Shown here: positions 40,186 to 50,352 of the stretch, one piece after another
How the letters are laid out: each line of letters begins with the position of its first letter
Numbering within the stretch: the first letter of the stretch is position 1
NCBI GenBank assembly: GCA_024278215.1
Contig: JAJRTR010000182.1
Location: forward strand, 1-64,000
Direction of reading: 5' to 3'
From: a bacterium
Lineage (GTDB): Bacteria > UBP15 > UBA6099 > JAJRTR01
Length of the DNA stretch: 64,000 bases
The notes under the pieces: model-generated
Database searches by the model: none
Told to the model about the DNA's origin: nothing
The model's input: the letters and a program-made list of their open reading frames with translations, nothing else
Translations under genes and position numbers: made by a program

Positions 40186-42249
40186 TTATAACCGTGATAT
40201 CCTTGTTGAAGTAATCGCGCCGGTTTTAATGTTTATCCGCACTTTCAATTTTCCCAGCGGCACAACGACTTCTTCGCCTTCGAGAACAGCTTCGGGAGGC
40301 ATCTCTTTTGAAGACGAGGTCGCTGTGAAAAGAGCCTTGTCGCCATTCTGACGCCATATCATCACGGGCAGCCTGGTGTCCGGATAAAAACCTGTGGCAG
40401 TACCCTCGTATATTGTCCCCCTGGTAAACGGTGTCAGCGTTGTCGCGACGTTCTTCTGTTCCTCACTTCGTCTAATCCAGAAAGTTGTCATCGAATTTTG
40501 AAAATCAATCTTCACCGAAAGTTTTATCTCAGGATTCGGCGATATATTCGGATAAACCGATCTCGGTTCATGCGACGGCCCGTCCGCGTGAAGTATCCAG
40601 TCGATAGTGTGCGCTTCGGCGGCCTCGACATAAGTTACATCTATCATTCCATCTCCCGTCAGCACTATGGCACGCATTGCATTGACCTGCTCATCGATCC
40701 CTTTGCACTCGACGGAAACACCCGTGAAGTATTTGTTATCCTCGAACGCGAGCGCGTCGCAGGGAACACGTATCTGCTGTTTGCCGTCGATCATGATCGT
40801 GTTGTGCGCCTCGGTCGTTCTATACCATGAACGATACAGCGGGTGGCCGTAGGAGATGGTGCCGGGATCGGGGAACAGTTCGTGTCCGCCCGAGTAGTAG
40901 ATGAGACCCAGCCTGTCGTAATGGTCATGCGCGCCGCATGGCGGATTGTACTTGATCAGCGCGTATTGCTCACCGAGCCTCAGGACTGTTATGCCTGTGT
41001 CGGGCATGTGCGACGATCTTCGCGGCATCGCCCACACCGGCGGCGCGCTTTCCGGCGCGACGTAATACATAAACACGGTATCATCAACATTGTCCCAGCC
41101 TTTGCTGTTGCCGAGGTGATTTATTATGCTGTCGAGCGACGTATCATTAAAGGCCCATCTTGCGACCACAAGGCCCGGCATCGCGTCATGAATAGTGTTG
41201 CCCCTGCCACCGTCGTTCAGCGCGGGCAGACTCCCGTCCGGCATCACGAGTGCTGTTATGGATGTGAAGAGTTTCTTCAGTCGCGGCGCCTCGCACAGGT
41301 CGAGGTTGCTGTTTCGGCAAACAGCCGCCAGCGCCTGGAACGGTTTCAACACGAACAGGTGGTAGCCGACCGATCTTTCATACCACATACCTTCATCCGT
41401 TATCCCCAGCTCTATCTGTTTGCGAAGGTCCTCCTCCGCGAATTCCACAAGTGAACCCCTGCCGGACACAAGACCCGTCATAAGAATAGATACCGATTGC
41501 CACACCTGTATATTATGAATGCCGAACGGGAACATGCGAATGTGTCTGGCTGCCGGAATCAGCAGTAATTTTATAATATTGCTGCGATCCATGGCAGACA
41601 TTGCGGGCGAGTCCGCTATCAGATCGAATGTAGCACAGGCGTTTATTAGCCATTTCGCTTCACCGAGCGATTGAGCCGTGATGCGGCCAAGACCCGCCGG
41701 GCCGCCGTGCGGCGGATAATGTTTATAGGCTTTCGCGTATCGCACAAGGATCGTCCTCGCGAAACCCGCGTACCAGTCGTCGCCGGTAAGTTGATAGAGA
41801 AGCGCCGCTTTTTGTGCAATACGGATGTTGTTGTGATGTGTAATCGCTCTCCACGCGGCGTCGAGAAGCTCACCCTCGTGATACTTTCCTGTCGAAGGAT
41901 CGCGGTGTCTGTGCGGTTCGTCCCGATTGTATTCGAGCCGCCGGCCAGTGTCCGGCGCAACGTAATTCTGCGTCCAGCCGCCGCCTCTCTCCGGTATGTC
42001 CGGTTCCCGGTCGCGCCATTTGTCCACATCCGCTTTCATCCGCTCGAAATGCGCGCTTGCCCATGCGACATTGTTTATGTTCCATACGATACGGTCGATG
42101 TCGCTCTGTGACAACAGCAGTTTCAGCCCGACTGCGTTTTCAGCTCCGGCACCTGCGGCACAGGCCCTTGCGGACGCGATGACTGTGAATGCGATCACAA
42201 AAATCACGATGATTTTTCCTGCTGGTAACCGGACAGCTTTTTGTAACAT
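40186..42249 (-). CDS. Secreted alginate-lyase / heparinase II/III-domain polysaccharide lyase
   Basis: GGGW...Y, QSL.EA.W, HNIQVW, WYE.S.GYH, H.H.DRL, T.AHNT. Confidence 0.85.
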   Translation of the reverse strand: MLQKAVRLPAGKIIVIFVIAFTVIASARACAAGAGAENAVGLKLLLSQSDIDRIVWNINNVAWASAHFERMKADVDKWRDREPDIPERGGGWTQNYVAPDTGRRLEYNRDEPHRHRDPSTGKYHEGELLDAAWRAITHHNNIRIAQKAALLYQLTGDDWYAGFARTILVRYAKAYKHYPPHGGPAGLGRITAQSLGEAKWLINACATFDLIADSPAMSAMDRSNIIKLLLIPAARHIRMFPFGIHNIQVWQSVSILMTGLVSGRGSLVEFAEEDLRKQIELGITDEGMWYERSVGYHLFVLKPFQALAAVCRNSNLDLCEAPRLKKLFTSITALVMPDGSLPALNDGGRGNTIHDAMPGLVVARWAFNDTSLDSIINHLGNSKGWDNVDDTVFMYYVAPESAPPVWAMPRRSSHMPDTGITVLRLGEQYALIKYNPPCGAHDHYDRLGLIYYSGGHELFPDPGTISYGHPLYRSWYRTTEAHNTIMIDGKQQIRVPCDALAFEDNKYFTGVSVECKGIDEQVNAMRAIVLTGDGMIDVTYVEAAEAHTIDWILHADGPSHEPRSVYPNISPNPEIKLSVKIDFQNSMTTFWIRRSEEQKNVATTLTPFTRGTIYEGTATGFYPDTRLPVMIWRQNGDKALFTATSSSKEMPPEAVLEGEEVVVPLGKLKVRINIKTGAITSTRISRL

Positions 42250-42409
42250 TAGCACTTTCCTCCCTGGTTGCGGATATTCACAAAAGGTATACATACATTT
42301 TAACATAAAATTTATTGTGTTTTTCCCCCGACGGCTTTTAAAGAGTATTTTCTATGCTAATATATACTATCGACATACAAGCGAACTTCTCAGAACGGTT
42401 GACATTATT

Positions 42410-43435
42410 ATGACTGGCAGCGACAACAGGCAGACATGGCCTGACCCCAGAGATACGGAACCGGACAAAAGAATAATAGGCGAAGAGTTGCCGGATGATT
42501 ATTTCCGGCCTATGCCGTTCAGGGCACGCTTAAAGTATTTTCTGATACGTAGTGTAGTAGCGGCCATTGGAAAGATGGCTGCGGTAGCGCCGGAGAGCTG
42601 GACATACAGTGTGTGCGTGCGCCTCACACTGTTTCTGCATCGCAAAGTTCACAAGTTCCGAAAACTCGCCAGGAAGCATCTCGAGATAGCTTTCGGCAAG
42701 GAGAAAACACCGGAAGAAATAGACGAAATACTCCGGCAGACCTACATCAATTATGGAAAGAACCTTGCCGAATTTCTCATGGTGCCCCACAAGTCGAAAG
42801 AATGGATCGAAAGCCGTGTCGCGTTCAACGACCCGAACTGGATAATCAGGACCGAACTTCAGAAAGGAAACGGCGTCATCGGCCTGAGCGGACATTTCGG
42901 CAGTTGGGAACTCGTGGCCGCAAGGCTTGGTATTTATCACTATCCGATGGTTGCTGTTGTAAAGGCGCAGCGCGATGCGATGATGTCTCGCTTTGTTATG
43001 GACACACGCACAAAATGGGGCAATGAATATATTTTCCGCACAAAAGGAGTTAAGGAAGAGTGCTACCGCCAGCTGAAACAGAATAAGATACTTGCGCTGA
43101 TGGCCGACCAGAATGCCAGCCACGGCGGGATATTCGTCGACTTTTTCGGAAGGGAAGCATCAACATTCAAAGGCCCGGCGTTTTTCGGCATGATGACCAA
43201 AGCGCCGGTTGTCCCGAGCTTCCCCATGCGCAACGAGGACAACACCGTCACTCTTCATGTGTTCAAGCCTATTGAAATGCGCGACACCGGCAACTTCGAC
43301 GAAGACCTTCAATATAATGTGCAGCAGTGCGCTCTGGCCGTCGAGAAATTCGCGCGGAAATATCCCTCCGAGTATTTCTGGTGGCACCGGCGTTGGAAGA
43401 CAAAACGTAAAGATTCCGAAGCTGCAAAGGAATGA
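42410..43435 (+). CDS. Lipid A late acyltransferase (LpxL/HtrB family)
   Basis: GHFGSWE, MADQ, VDFFG, P.EYFWWHRRWK. Confidence 0.9.
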   Translation: MTGSDNRQTWPDPRDTEPDKRIIGEELPDDYFRPMPFRARLKYFLIRSVVAAIGKMAAVAPESWTYSVCVRLTLFLHRKVHKFRKLARKHLEIAFGKEKTPEEIDEILRQTYINYGKNLAEFLMVPHKSKEWIESRVAFNDPNWIIRTELQKGNGVIGLSGHFGSWELVAARLGIYHYPMVAVVKAQRDAMMSRFVMDTRTKWGNEYIFRTKGVKEECYRQLKQNKILALMADQNASHGGIFVDFFGREASTFKGPAFFGMMTKAPVVPSFPMRNEDNTVTLHVFKPIEMRDTGNFDEDLQYNVQQCALAVEKFARKYPSEYFWWHRRWKTKRKDSEAAKE

Positions 43436-43541
43436 ACCTGCCTGCAGCTTATCCCGCATTGCATTGGTGACCTGAAAAGATAAAAACCCTGCGTGTTTGT
43501 ATTAAAGTAGTATTTAATACAATTTGCAAAACGCAGTTGTG

Positions 43542-43714
43542 CCCTAACCCGGCATAGCCGAAACCAAAAAGGTCGCATTTTCGTGCCCGGATCAATGCGG
43601 TTCGAGCACAGCACACAGAGTTTCAGCGTTCCCAAGGTCTACCTTGGAAACGCCTGTAACTGGAAGCTCCAGCTTCCACCGATCTCTTTTCAGCATTTCT
43701 TTACCATCCTGCGT
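43542..43714. repeat. Composite REP-like repeat, inverted copy of 1-173
   Basis: Direct alignment to the reverse complement of the window start. Confidence 0.9.
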
Positions 43715-44130
43715 ATCATTTCAGTCGTAAAATACTTCTCTATTTACCTGACGTCCTCAATATCTTTCACTTTCCATTCGCCCCATGAGTAGTATTCCTG
43801 CAATATTTTATATTTCTGTTTAGAATTAGAATAAAATGGGTATCTCCTAGAAATAATAACTTTGCATACGCGTTCATATATGATTTTCTGGTGCTGCACC
43901 TCCGGGAGATGTTGCTTAACACATAATTTTGAAATATATGTGTTAATACATCACGAAGCGTATGGAGATATATATTTATAGAGCTGATAATCCTTTTTTA
44001 AGATAACCGGATTTTCCCTTGTGCCCCCAGTTTGTGACTCCGGTGATTTCTCTGAATATTTTCTCCGCGAACAGGTGCAAAATATCTTTATCAGATAATC
44101 AAGCGTATTCACGGAGATAAGATTACTGCC

Positions 44131-44550
44131 ATGCCTCCATCAATGAGAAAAAGCGTTCTTATTATTGAGGATGACGATGATATGTCCCAACTCATCAGCG
44201 GTATTCTTACTGATGCCGGTTTCTCAACCCATATTTCACATAATGGCGAAAATGGTTTTGAGACAGCCGAAAATATTCTTCCCGATATTATCCTTCTTGA
44301 TATAATGCTTCCGGGTATAGACGGCATAGAGGTATGCCGTCTATTGTCTACCAGCAAAAAAACAAAGCATATTCCTGTTATCATGGTTACAGTGAAGAAA
44401 GAACTCTCTTGTAAACTTGCATCCTATATTTCCGGCGCAAAGCGATTTGTATCTAAACCCTTCGGTGTCGACGAATTGATTTATGAAGTGAACAATGCTC
44501 TGAATCAATATTCTAATAGCAAATCATCGCAATATGATATTAATGCCTGA
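44131..44550 (+). CDS. Single-domain response regulator
   Basis: IIEDD, LLDIMLP, MVT, KPF. Confidence 0.9.
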   Translation: MPPSMRKSVLIIEDDDDMSQLISGILTDAGFSTHISHNGENGFETAENILPDIILLDIMLPGIDGIEVCRLLSTSKKTKHIPVIMVTVKKELSCKLASYISGAKRFVSKPFGVDELIYEVNNALNQYSNSKSSQYDINA

Positions 44551-45419
44551 TACTCCCACATTTAATCATTCGGAATCCGTTTTTCTTGTTCTTTTGATTC
44601 TCTGTCATCAATCTTAACTGTTTCTTTAAAATCAATACATAAATTCCCGATTCCGTCACCTGATCGCCTCTCTTCGACTCCCTCACATCAGCATATGCGA
44701 AAAGCGTCTATTGCACAGACAGCATATATATAAGATGTTGCTTTTGATTGCTTTATCAAGATAAAATGTCAGGCCCCTGTATCTTAACACCGATATTATA
44801 CGCTTTATTTATAGGGCAATATGTTTTCAACATTTTTTTAACTTTTCCCCATAATATTTTATTCCATCATGTTGAAATTAAACACATCAATCGCTATTGC
44901 GTTCTAATTATATAAATATACTATATTTGGTTTTTTAATATTGCGGGTATATCATCATAACATTAAGGCATTATTTTGCAATAAAGTTACACATAATGTC
45001 TAATTTATATCTATAATGACCATATCCGATCAGTCATGTGATTTTCTTGTGGAAAACATCGCTTTCAACACGATTGACTCCACAATAAACGGATGATAAA
45101 TGGAAGCAGTTGTTTGAACATTCACAATTGTATTTTTTATTAACCGCATGAATTTCAATGACAATCGTGCTGTCGTATTCATTTCATGTTGTACACAGTT
45201 AGATCGAAGCCGTCATATTATGTATTTTCTTGTATTTAAGGGAGATTCTATGTTTTTGAAATACTATGAGGTCGAAATATGTTATTAATCGAAGATCGTT
45301 TCAGGGCTGCTGAAACGATGGAAGCAGTGCCTCGCGGCACTAATGCATATTGAAGCCCGGCAAGTGCAAACAGCTTGCACAAACATTAAATAATATCCAG
45401 ATTAGCATAATATAGCATA

Positions 45420-46274
45420 TTAACCGAGATACTCATTCAGTGCATCTTTCCAGTGAGGCATCTCAATATTAAGTATACGTCTGAGTTTATCGTTGCTTAG
45501 AATTGAATTATGAGGACGCCTTGCAGGACGAGGAAAGCTATCGGTTCCGACCGGTTTTACGCTTTTCACCATGCCCGGTCTGTATTTCAGAATTTCGAGC
45601 GCAAATTCATACCATGAGCAACAACCTGAGCCGGTAATGTTGAATACACCTGAAATATCGTTTCCGGCAAGAACTTTAAAAACGATCTTCTTGATACCGG
45701 CAGCGAGATGGGCGGTGTAGGTTGGTGATCCATATTGATCATCTACAACAGAGAGCTCCTCCCGGTCTTTTGCAATGTTTATTATTGTGTCCACAAAGTT
45801 CTTTCCGCCGGTACCGTATAACCAGGAAGTTCTTAATATTATATGATTTTCACATTTTTCCGCTATCAATTTTTCGCCTTCGAGTTTGCTTTCGCCATAA
45901 ACATTGATAGGAGCGGGGTTATCTTATTCGTTGTATGGACCTTTTTTCGAACCATCGAAAATATAATCTGTACTGGTATGAATAATCATAGCATGATTTT
46001 TCTGTGCAGCAGCAGCGACATTGCCGGCCCCCTTCGCATTTACGGAAAACGCAGTGCCCCTGTTACTTTCACACGCATCCACATTCGTATATGCCGCACA
46101 ATTGATAATAACATGGGGGCTGATGTCGGAAATGACTTCTATTAAAGCGTTTTTTTCTGTTATATCCACATTATTTATGTCGAGTTGCGTTATTTCCACA
46201 TCAGTTTCCGTGAGCATTCTCACAATATCCTGCCCGAGCATACCATCTGCACCAGTTATGGCTACCCTGTGCAT
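45420..46274 (-). pseudogene. rfbD: dTDP-4-dehydrorhamnose reductase with in-frame TAA at 45924-45926
   Basis: GADGMLG, STDYIFDG, then PYNE*DNPAPINVYGESK continuing in the same frame to PARRP.NS.L. Confidence 0.9.
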
Positions 46275-46289
46275 ATCGCTTCACCTGTG

Positions 46290-47306
46290 TTATCTCTCTT
46301 TATAATATTCATCAATAAACTGCTTATAATCCGCCTGCTTTTCTTTGATTTTTCTCCACCAGGGCTCATTATCAACATACCACTGAACTGTCCGTTCCAT
46401 AGCATGTTTGAAATCCAATGTCGGCTTCCAGTCGAGTTCACGCTGAATCTTTTCTGTGTTCACAGCATGTCTTTTAACATGTCCGAGTCTATCCTGAACG
46501 AATTTGATTAGAGCATCCGGCTTATTGAGATGCTGGAGGATGCAGTCAGTTATTTCAAGAATGGAGAATTCGTCACCGGTCCCGATATTAAACACCTCAC
46601 CATTATATTTATCGCCTGCCTGTATAACTCTGTCGATAGCTTCGCAGTGATCATCGACAAAGATCCAGTCCCTGGTGTTTTTCCCTGACCCATAAACCGG
46701 AAGCTTGTTGTTGTCTATTGCGTTAGTGACAAAAAGAGGGATGAGTTTTTCCGGGTACCGGAATGGACCGAAGTTATTTGAACAACGAGTAATTATGACA
46801 GGGAGATCAAATGTTGTCCAATAAGAGAAAGCCAATCTGTCCGCTCCCGCCTTGCTTGCTGCGTAAGGGCTTCGAGGCATCAGGGCATCAGTTTCCCGTG
46901 ACGGCAAATCGCCGGCATCACCGTAGACCTCATCGGTGGAAATCTGGACAAATTTGTCGATACCGTGTTCCCTGGCCGCTTCCAGCAGGCAGAATGTTCC
47001 ATAGATGTCTGTTTGTATGAAATCACCGGCGAACAGGATTGACCTGTCCACATGAGTCTCTGCAGCAAAGTTGACAATAATATCCGCCCTGGGCACCAGC
47101 CTTTTAACTATGTCCATGTCGCATATGTCACCCTGAATAAACTCATGTGCAGGATTGTCCTTGAGTCCATCAAGATTTTCGACATTTCCGGCGTATGTCA
47201 GCTTGTCGAGATTGATTATCTGAATGTCATCGTACTTATCGAGCATGTAATATACGAAATTTGAACCAATAAATCCTGCTCCACCTGTAACAAGTATGGT
47301 TTTCAT
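46290..47306 (-). CDS. rfbB: dTDP-glucose 4,6-dehydratase
   Basis: TGGAGFIGSNF, DKLTYAGN, AAETHVDRSI, STDEVYG, SPYAASK. Confidence 0.96.
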   Translation of the reverse strand: MKTILVTGGAGFIGSNFVYYMLDKYDDIQIINLDKLTYAGNVENLDGLKDNPAHEFIQGDICDMDIVKRLVPRADIIVNFAAETHVDRSILFAGDFIQTDIYGTFCLLEAAREHGIDKFVQISTDEVYGDAGDLPSRETDALMPRSPYAASKAGADRLAFSYWTTFDLPVIITRCSNNFGPFRYPEKLIPLFVTNAIDNNKLPVYGSGKNTRDWIFVDDHCEAIDRVIQAGDKYNGEVFNIGTGDEFSILEITDCILQHLNKPDALIKFVQDRLGHVKRHAVNTEKIQRELDWKPTLDFKHAMERTVQWYVDNEPWWRKIKEKQADYKQFIDEYYKER

Positions 47307-47796
47307 TTATTTCCTCATCTTTCTCTTCGCTCAATACGGTTGTTCACAGTATGCAGGTTTGTCCATAATCCATTCGCTGCAAATGTATATTTCGTGATTT
47401 TTACTGTGTCCGATATTTATATTTCGCTTCAATTCGCTTTCATGCAATTATTTCGGCTTTCCTCGTATCGGCCCTGACCTGTACCGCCGATCCCTGTTCG
47501 TTCTTTTTACCAAATATGCCTTTATTCATAGTCATTTCAGTGTTTTTGTTCAGGCATTATATATCCTGTTTTCCGTTTATGGTTGTCGTAACATGTATAA
47601 CTGCCTTATAGATATATTGCATACAATAGCGGCATGATGCAACAGTAATCATTAAAAAGTACGTTCATATTGAGTGTCTCCGTACTGTTTGTGGTGTCCG
47701 GTGAATAAGTGGATAATGTCTTCACGCGACAGTAAGTGTTCGCCGATTCTATTTTCTGTGAACAGTTGCGATTTTCAGAGGAGCAACACCTGCTTT

Positions 47797-50292
47797 TCAC
47801 GGTTTCCAGTCGACGGGAGAAACGATAAAGTGTGAAGCGATAAGAGGAAAAACAGGCCCGTCTATACCGCTTGATATCCAGACACTACCGATATAATCGA
47901 AGGCCATAGTGTTGTCGTCTTTGCCCCATGTCAACGAACTCAACGGCAGATTCCGTCCGTCAGGGCGCGTGAAATGTTTTTCATCGATAACACCGGATTC
48001 AATGTCCGCGACATAAAAAGTTGAAACTCCGGAAATCGAATCGTAGATGAGCAGTTTGGAGCCGGAAGGCGAAAACTCGATTGCAGGGCTCCTGAATTGC
48101 TGGAAGCTGACCGGATAGTCTTTCTTCCTGTCCCTGAATGGGAGCGAGTCGTAGGAAAAAGCGCCGCTTTCGGGGTCCAGCCGGACAATGCAAAGGCCGG
48201 AGAAAAGCATATTATCCGGGCAATCACGAGGTATGATCACAATTGAATCGCCGGAAGGGTCCCAGTCGTAACTGCTGAAATCAAGTTCACTCGTTGTAAC
48301 CTGGACCTGGAGCGTTTCCATATTTATAACCCGCAGATTCCGAGTTATGCCTGAGGATATCTCGACGACACTAACATATTTCCCCGACGGCGAGAACTCA
48401 GGACTTTTGAGCGGATTTTTTGTCCTGAAGACTGTGCCGCGCAGCGCCGTGGCGAACTCGTAAACATAGAGCCCGACGTTCTCGAGGTCCCAGTTTATAT
48501 AAACCATTCTCGTCGAATCTCTGCTGACACAGGGCTGCGACCCCTTGAAAAGTTTCTGATAGTACGAATTTTCGGGATTGAAGCGCCATATCCAGTGGTT
48601 CTGATCCTCGAAATAGAATCTGCCGCTGACTTTCTTTCTTAAAGCCGCAAGTTTGAGAAATGAAAAGTCTTTCACCGGCAACTCGTCGAGCCCGAAAAAG
48701 ACAATTTCTTTTTCAAGAGAAGTCGAAGGAAGCGGGAGCGGAGAAAGCGCACCTTCCACGGGGACCGTATTATTTTTCACTGCGAGGCGGTCTGCGAAGG
48801 AACCTTCTGTTATCCAACTTTTCTTTTTTTCAGCATTCAAAGGCTCGGCATCCATGATTTTAGTTTCCACGGATTTTGTTTTTTCGACTTTTCTTTCTTT
48901 TGCCGCTGCTTGTACAAGTTCTTTAGTCGCCTGTTTTACCGGTTTCGCCGGAATCTCTTTTTCTTGTTTGGAATTGTTATTTTCCTTCTTCACAACAGTT
49001 TCCGGGACTTCCGCTTTTCCATTTTTCTTTTCAGACGACACCGGATTTACAGTAATTTTTGTCCCGGGCGCCGATGATTCGTTGTTTCCGGCCATTCTGT
49101 CGCTTTTGGTGTCGGGAGGTCTTCCGCCGGTGTTCCTGCTGAAATTATTTGAACTTGCCGACGCGGCGGACTGCCCCATATCCACAGCTCTGGAGATAGT
49201 GATTCGTGTTTCGGCATTTGAAGTTTCCGCACCTGCCGTCCCTGTGGCCGTGGGTGTGGGCGGCACATCTGTGAGCGGCACCGGCCGGGCGGATATTGTG
49301 GTACCGACATGCTGCGTCGCAGTTGCGATTACGATCCCGGGTGCGGCGGCATGTAAAGATGTGGATGCCGTTGCTGTTTCTGTTGTGGTAGCATCTGTAG
49401 TGATAGTCGACGTTGCGATTGCAGGTGTGGCCGCAGTCGCCGCGGCAGGTACGGGGTGTGCGGGGGTGTTTATCAGTGTTTCTTTCGCCGCCTGAAAGTC
49501 GGACAGTTTGCCTATATCATTTTCGAGGTATTCGAGATTCTGCGCGAGAACCTCGTTATCCGGATTCAGGTGGACCGCCTGCCGCATAGCGTCGAGCGCC
49601 TTTCGGTACTTGCCGAGCTTGTAGTATGCGAACGAAAGATTATTGTAAGCGATGTCGGATTGGGGGGCGAGAGAAACAGCCATGAGCAGCGAGTCCGCCG
49701 CTTCCCGATAGCGACCGAGACTCACAAGCGCGACACCTTCGTTGAGACGGCTCTCGGCACTCGTTTCATCAATAGAAACAGCATAATGGAAGTGTTCGAG
49801 CGCCTCGCTGTCCCTGCCGAGTTCCTGGAGTGCCCTGCCGAGCAGGTTGCGGATCATCACCGAATCCGGATTGCGCTCCAGCGCGCGCTGATAGTAATCG
49901 GCGGCCTCGTTCCATTTTTCGAGATCATACGAAATGTTGCCGAGTGAAATGAGTATCCCTTCGTTTTCCGGGTCCATATCGAGCGCTTTTCTGTAAATGT
50001 ACGCGGCTTCTTTATAGCGTTCGAGACTCGCAAGCGCCTCTGCTTTCATCAGCTCCAGTTCGAGAGTGCCGATGCCTTCTTTCTCGATCTCTTCAATAAT
50101 CGAAAGTGCGTCGTCGTATTCGGACATCAGCATCTTTTCGTTTGCGCTGTCTATTTTACTGCTCAGCAAAGGATCATCGGCAACAGTGGTGGCGCCCGAT
50201 GCAGCAGCGGCAGAGGCGGGTGGTACTGAATACATACACACAGCCGCAAACGCGAGAGCTGTAGATACAAAAATAATTACAATAGTTTTCAT
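47797..50292 (-). CDS. Secreted TPR-repeat protein with long Ala/Thr/Lys linker and C-terminal TolB-like beta-propeller
   Basis: Signal peptide, about 6 TPRs, FSPSG and WDPSG blade motifs. Confidence 0.8.
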   Translation of the reverse strand: MKTIVIIFVSTALAFAAVCMYSVPPASAAAASGATTVADDPLLSSKIDSANEKMLMSEYDDALSIIEEIEKEGIGTLELELMKAEALASLERYKEAAYIYRKALDMDPENEGILISLGNISYDLEKWNEAADYYQRALERNPDSVMIRNLLGRALQELGRDSEALEHFHYAVSIDETSAESRLNEGVALVSLGRYREAADSLLMAVSLAPQSDIAYNNLSFAYYKLGKYRKALDAMRQAVHLNPDNEVLAQNLEYLENDIGKLSDFQAAKETLINTPAHPVPAAATAATPAIATSTITTDATTTETATASTSLHAAAPGIVIATATQHVGTTISARPVPLTDVPPTPTATGTAGAETSNAETRITISRAVDMGQSAASASSNNFSRNTGGRPPDTKSDRMAGNNESSAPGTKITVNPVSSEKKNGKAEVPETVVKKENNNSKQEKEIPAKPVKQATKELVQAAAKERKVEKTKSVETKIMDAEPLNAEKKKSWITEGSFADRLAVKNNTVPVEGALSPLPLPSTSLEKEIVFFGLDELPVKDFSFLKLAALRKKVSGRFYFEDQNHWIWRFNPENSYYQKLFKGSQPCVSRDSTRMVYINWDLENVGLYVYEFATALRGTVFRTKNPLKSPEFSPSGKYVSVVEISSGITRNLRVINMETLQVQVTTSELDFSSYDWDPSGDSIVIIPRDCPDNMLFSGLCIVRLDPESGAFSYDSLPFRDRKKDYPVSFQQFRSPAIEFSPSGSKLLIYDSISGVSTFYVADIESGVIDEKHFTRPDGRNLPLSSLTWGKDDNTMAFDYIGSVWISSGIDGPVFPLIASHFIVSPVDWKP

Positions 50293-50352
50293 CTTCTCTT
50301 TTCCATCCAGGTGTCCAAAAGAAAGACACCGGATTCCCGCGCGCGCCGGCGC

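Noticed and set aside
44540..44659. Short minus-strand ORF starting MTESGIYVLIL (GIY-YIG-like)
   Set aside because: Only about 39 codons and no second motif; too weak to call
45320..45376. c-di-GMP-II riboswitch (GGAA...GGCACT...AGTGCAA)
   Set aside because: The kink-turn/P2 elements do not fit, and there is no downstream gene on that strand
45924..45926. Stop-codon recoding in rfbD
   Set aside because: The codon is TAA, which terminates many other genes here; an isolated nonsense change or error is simpler
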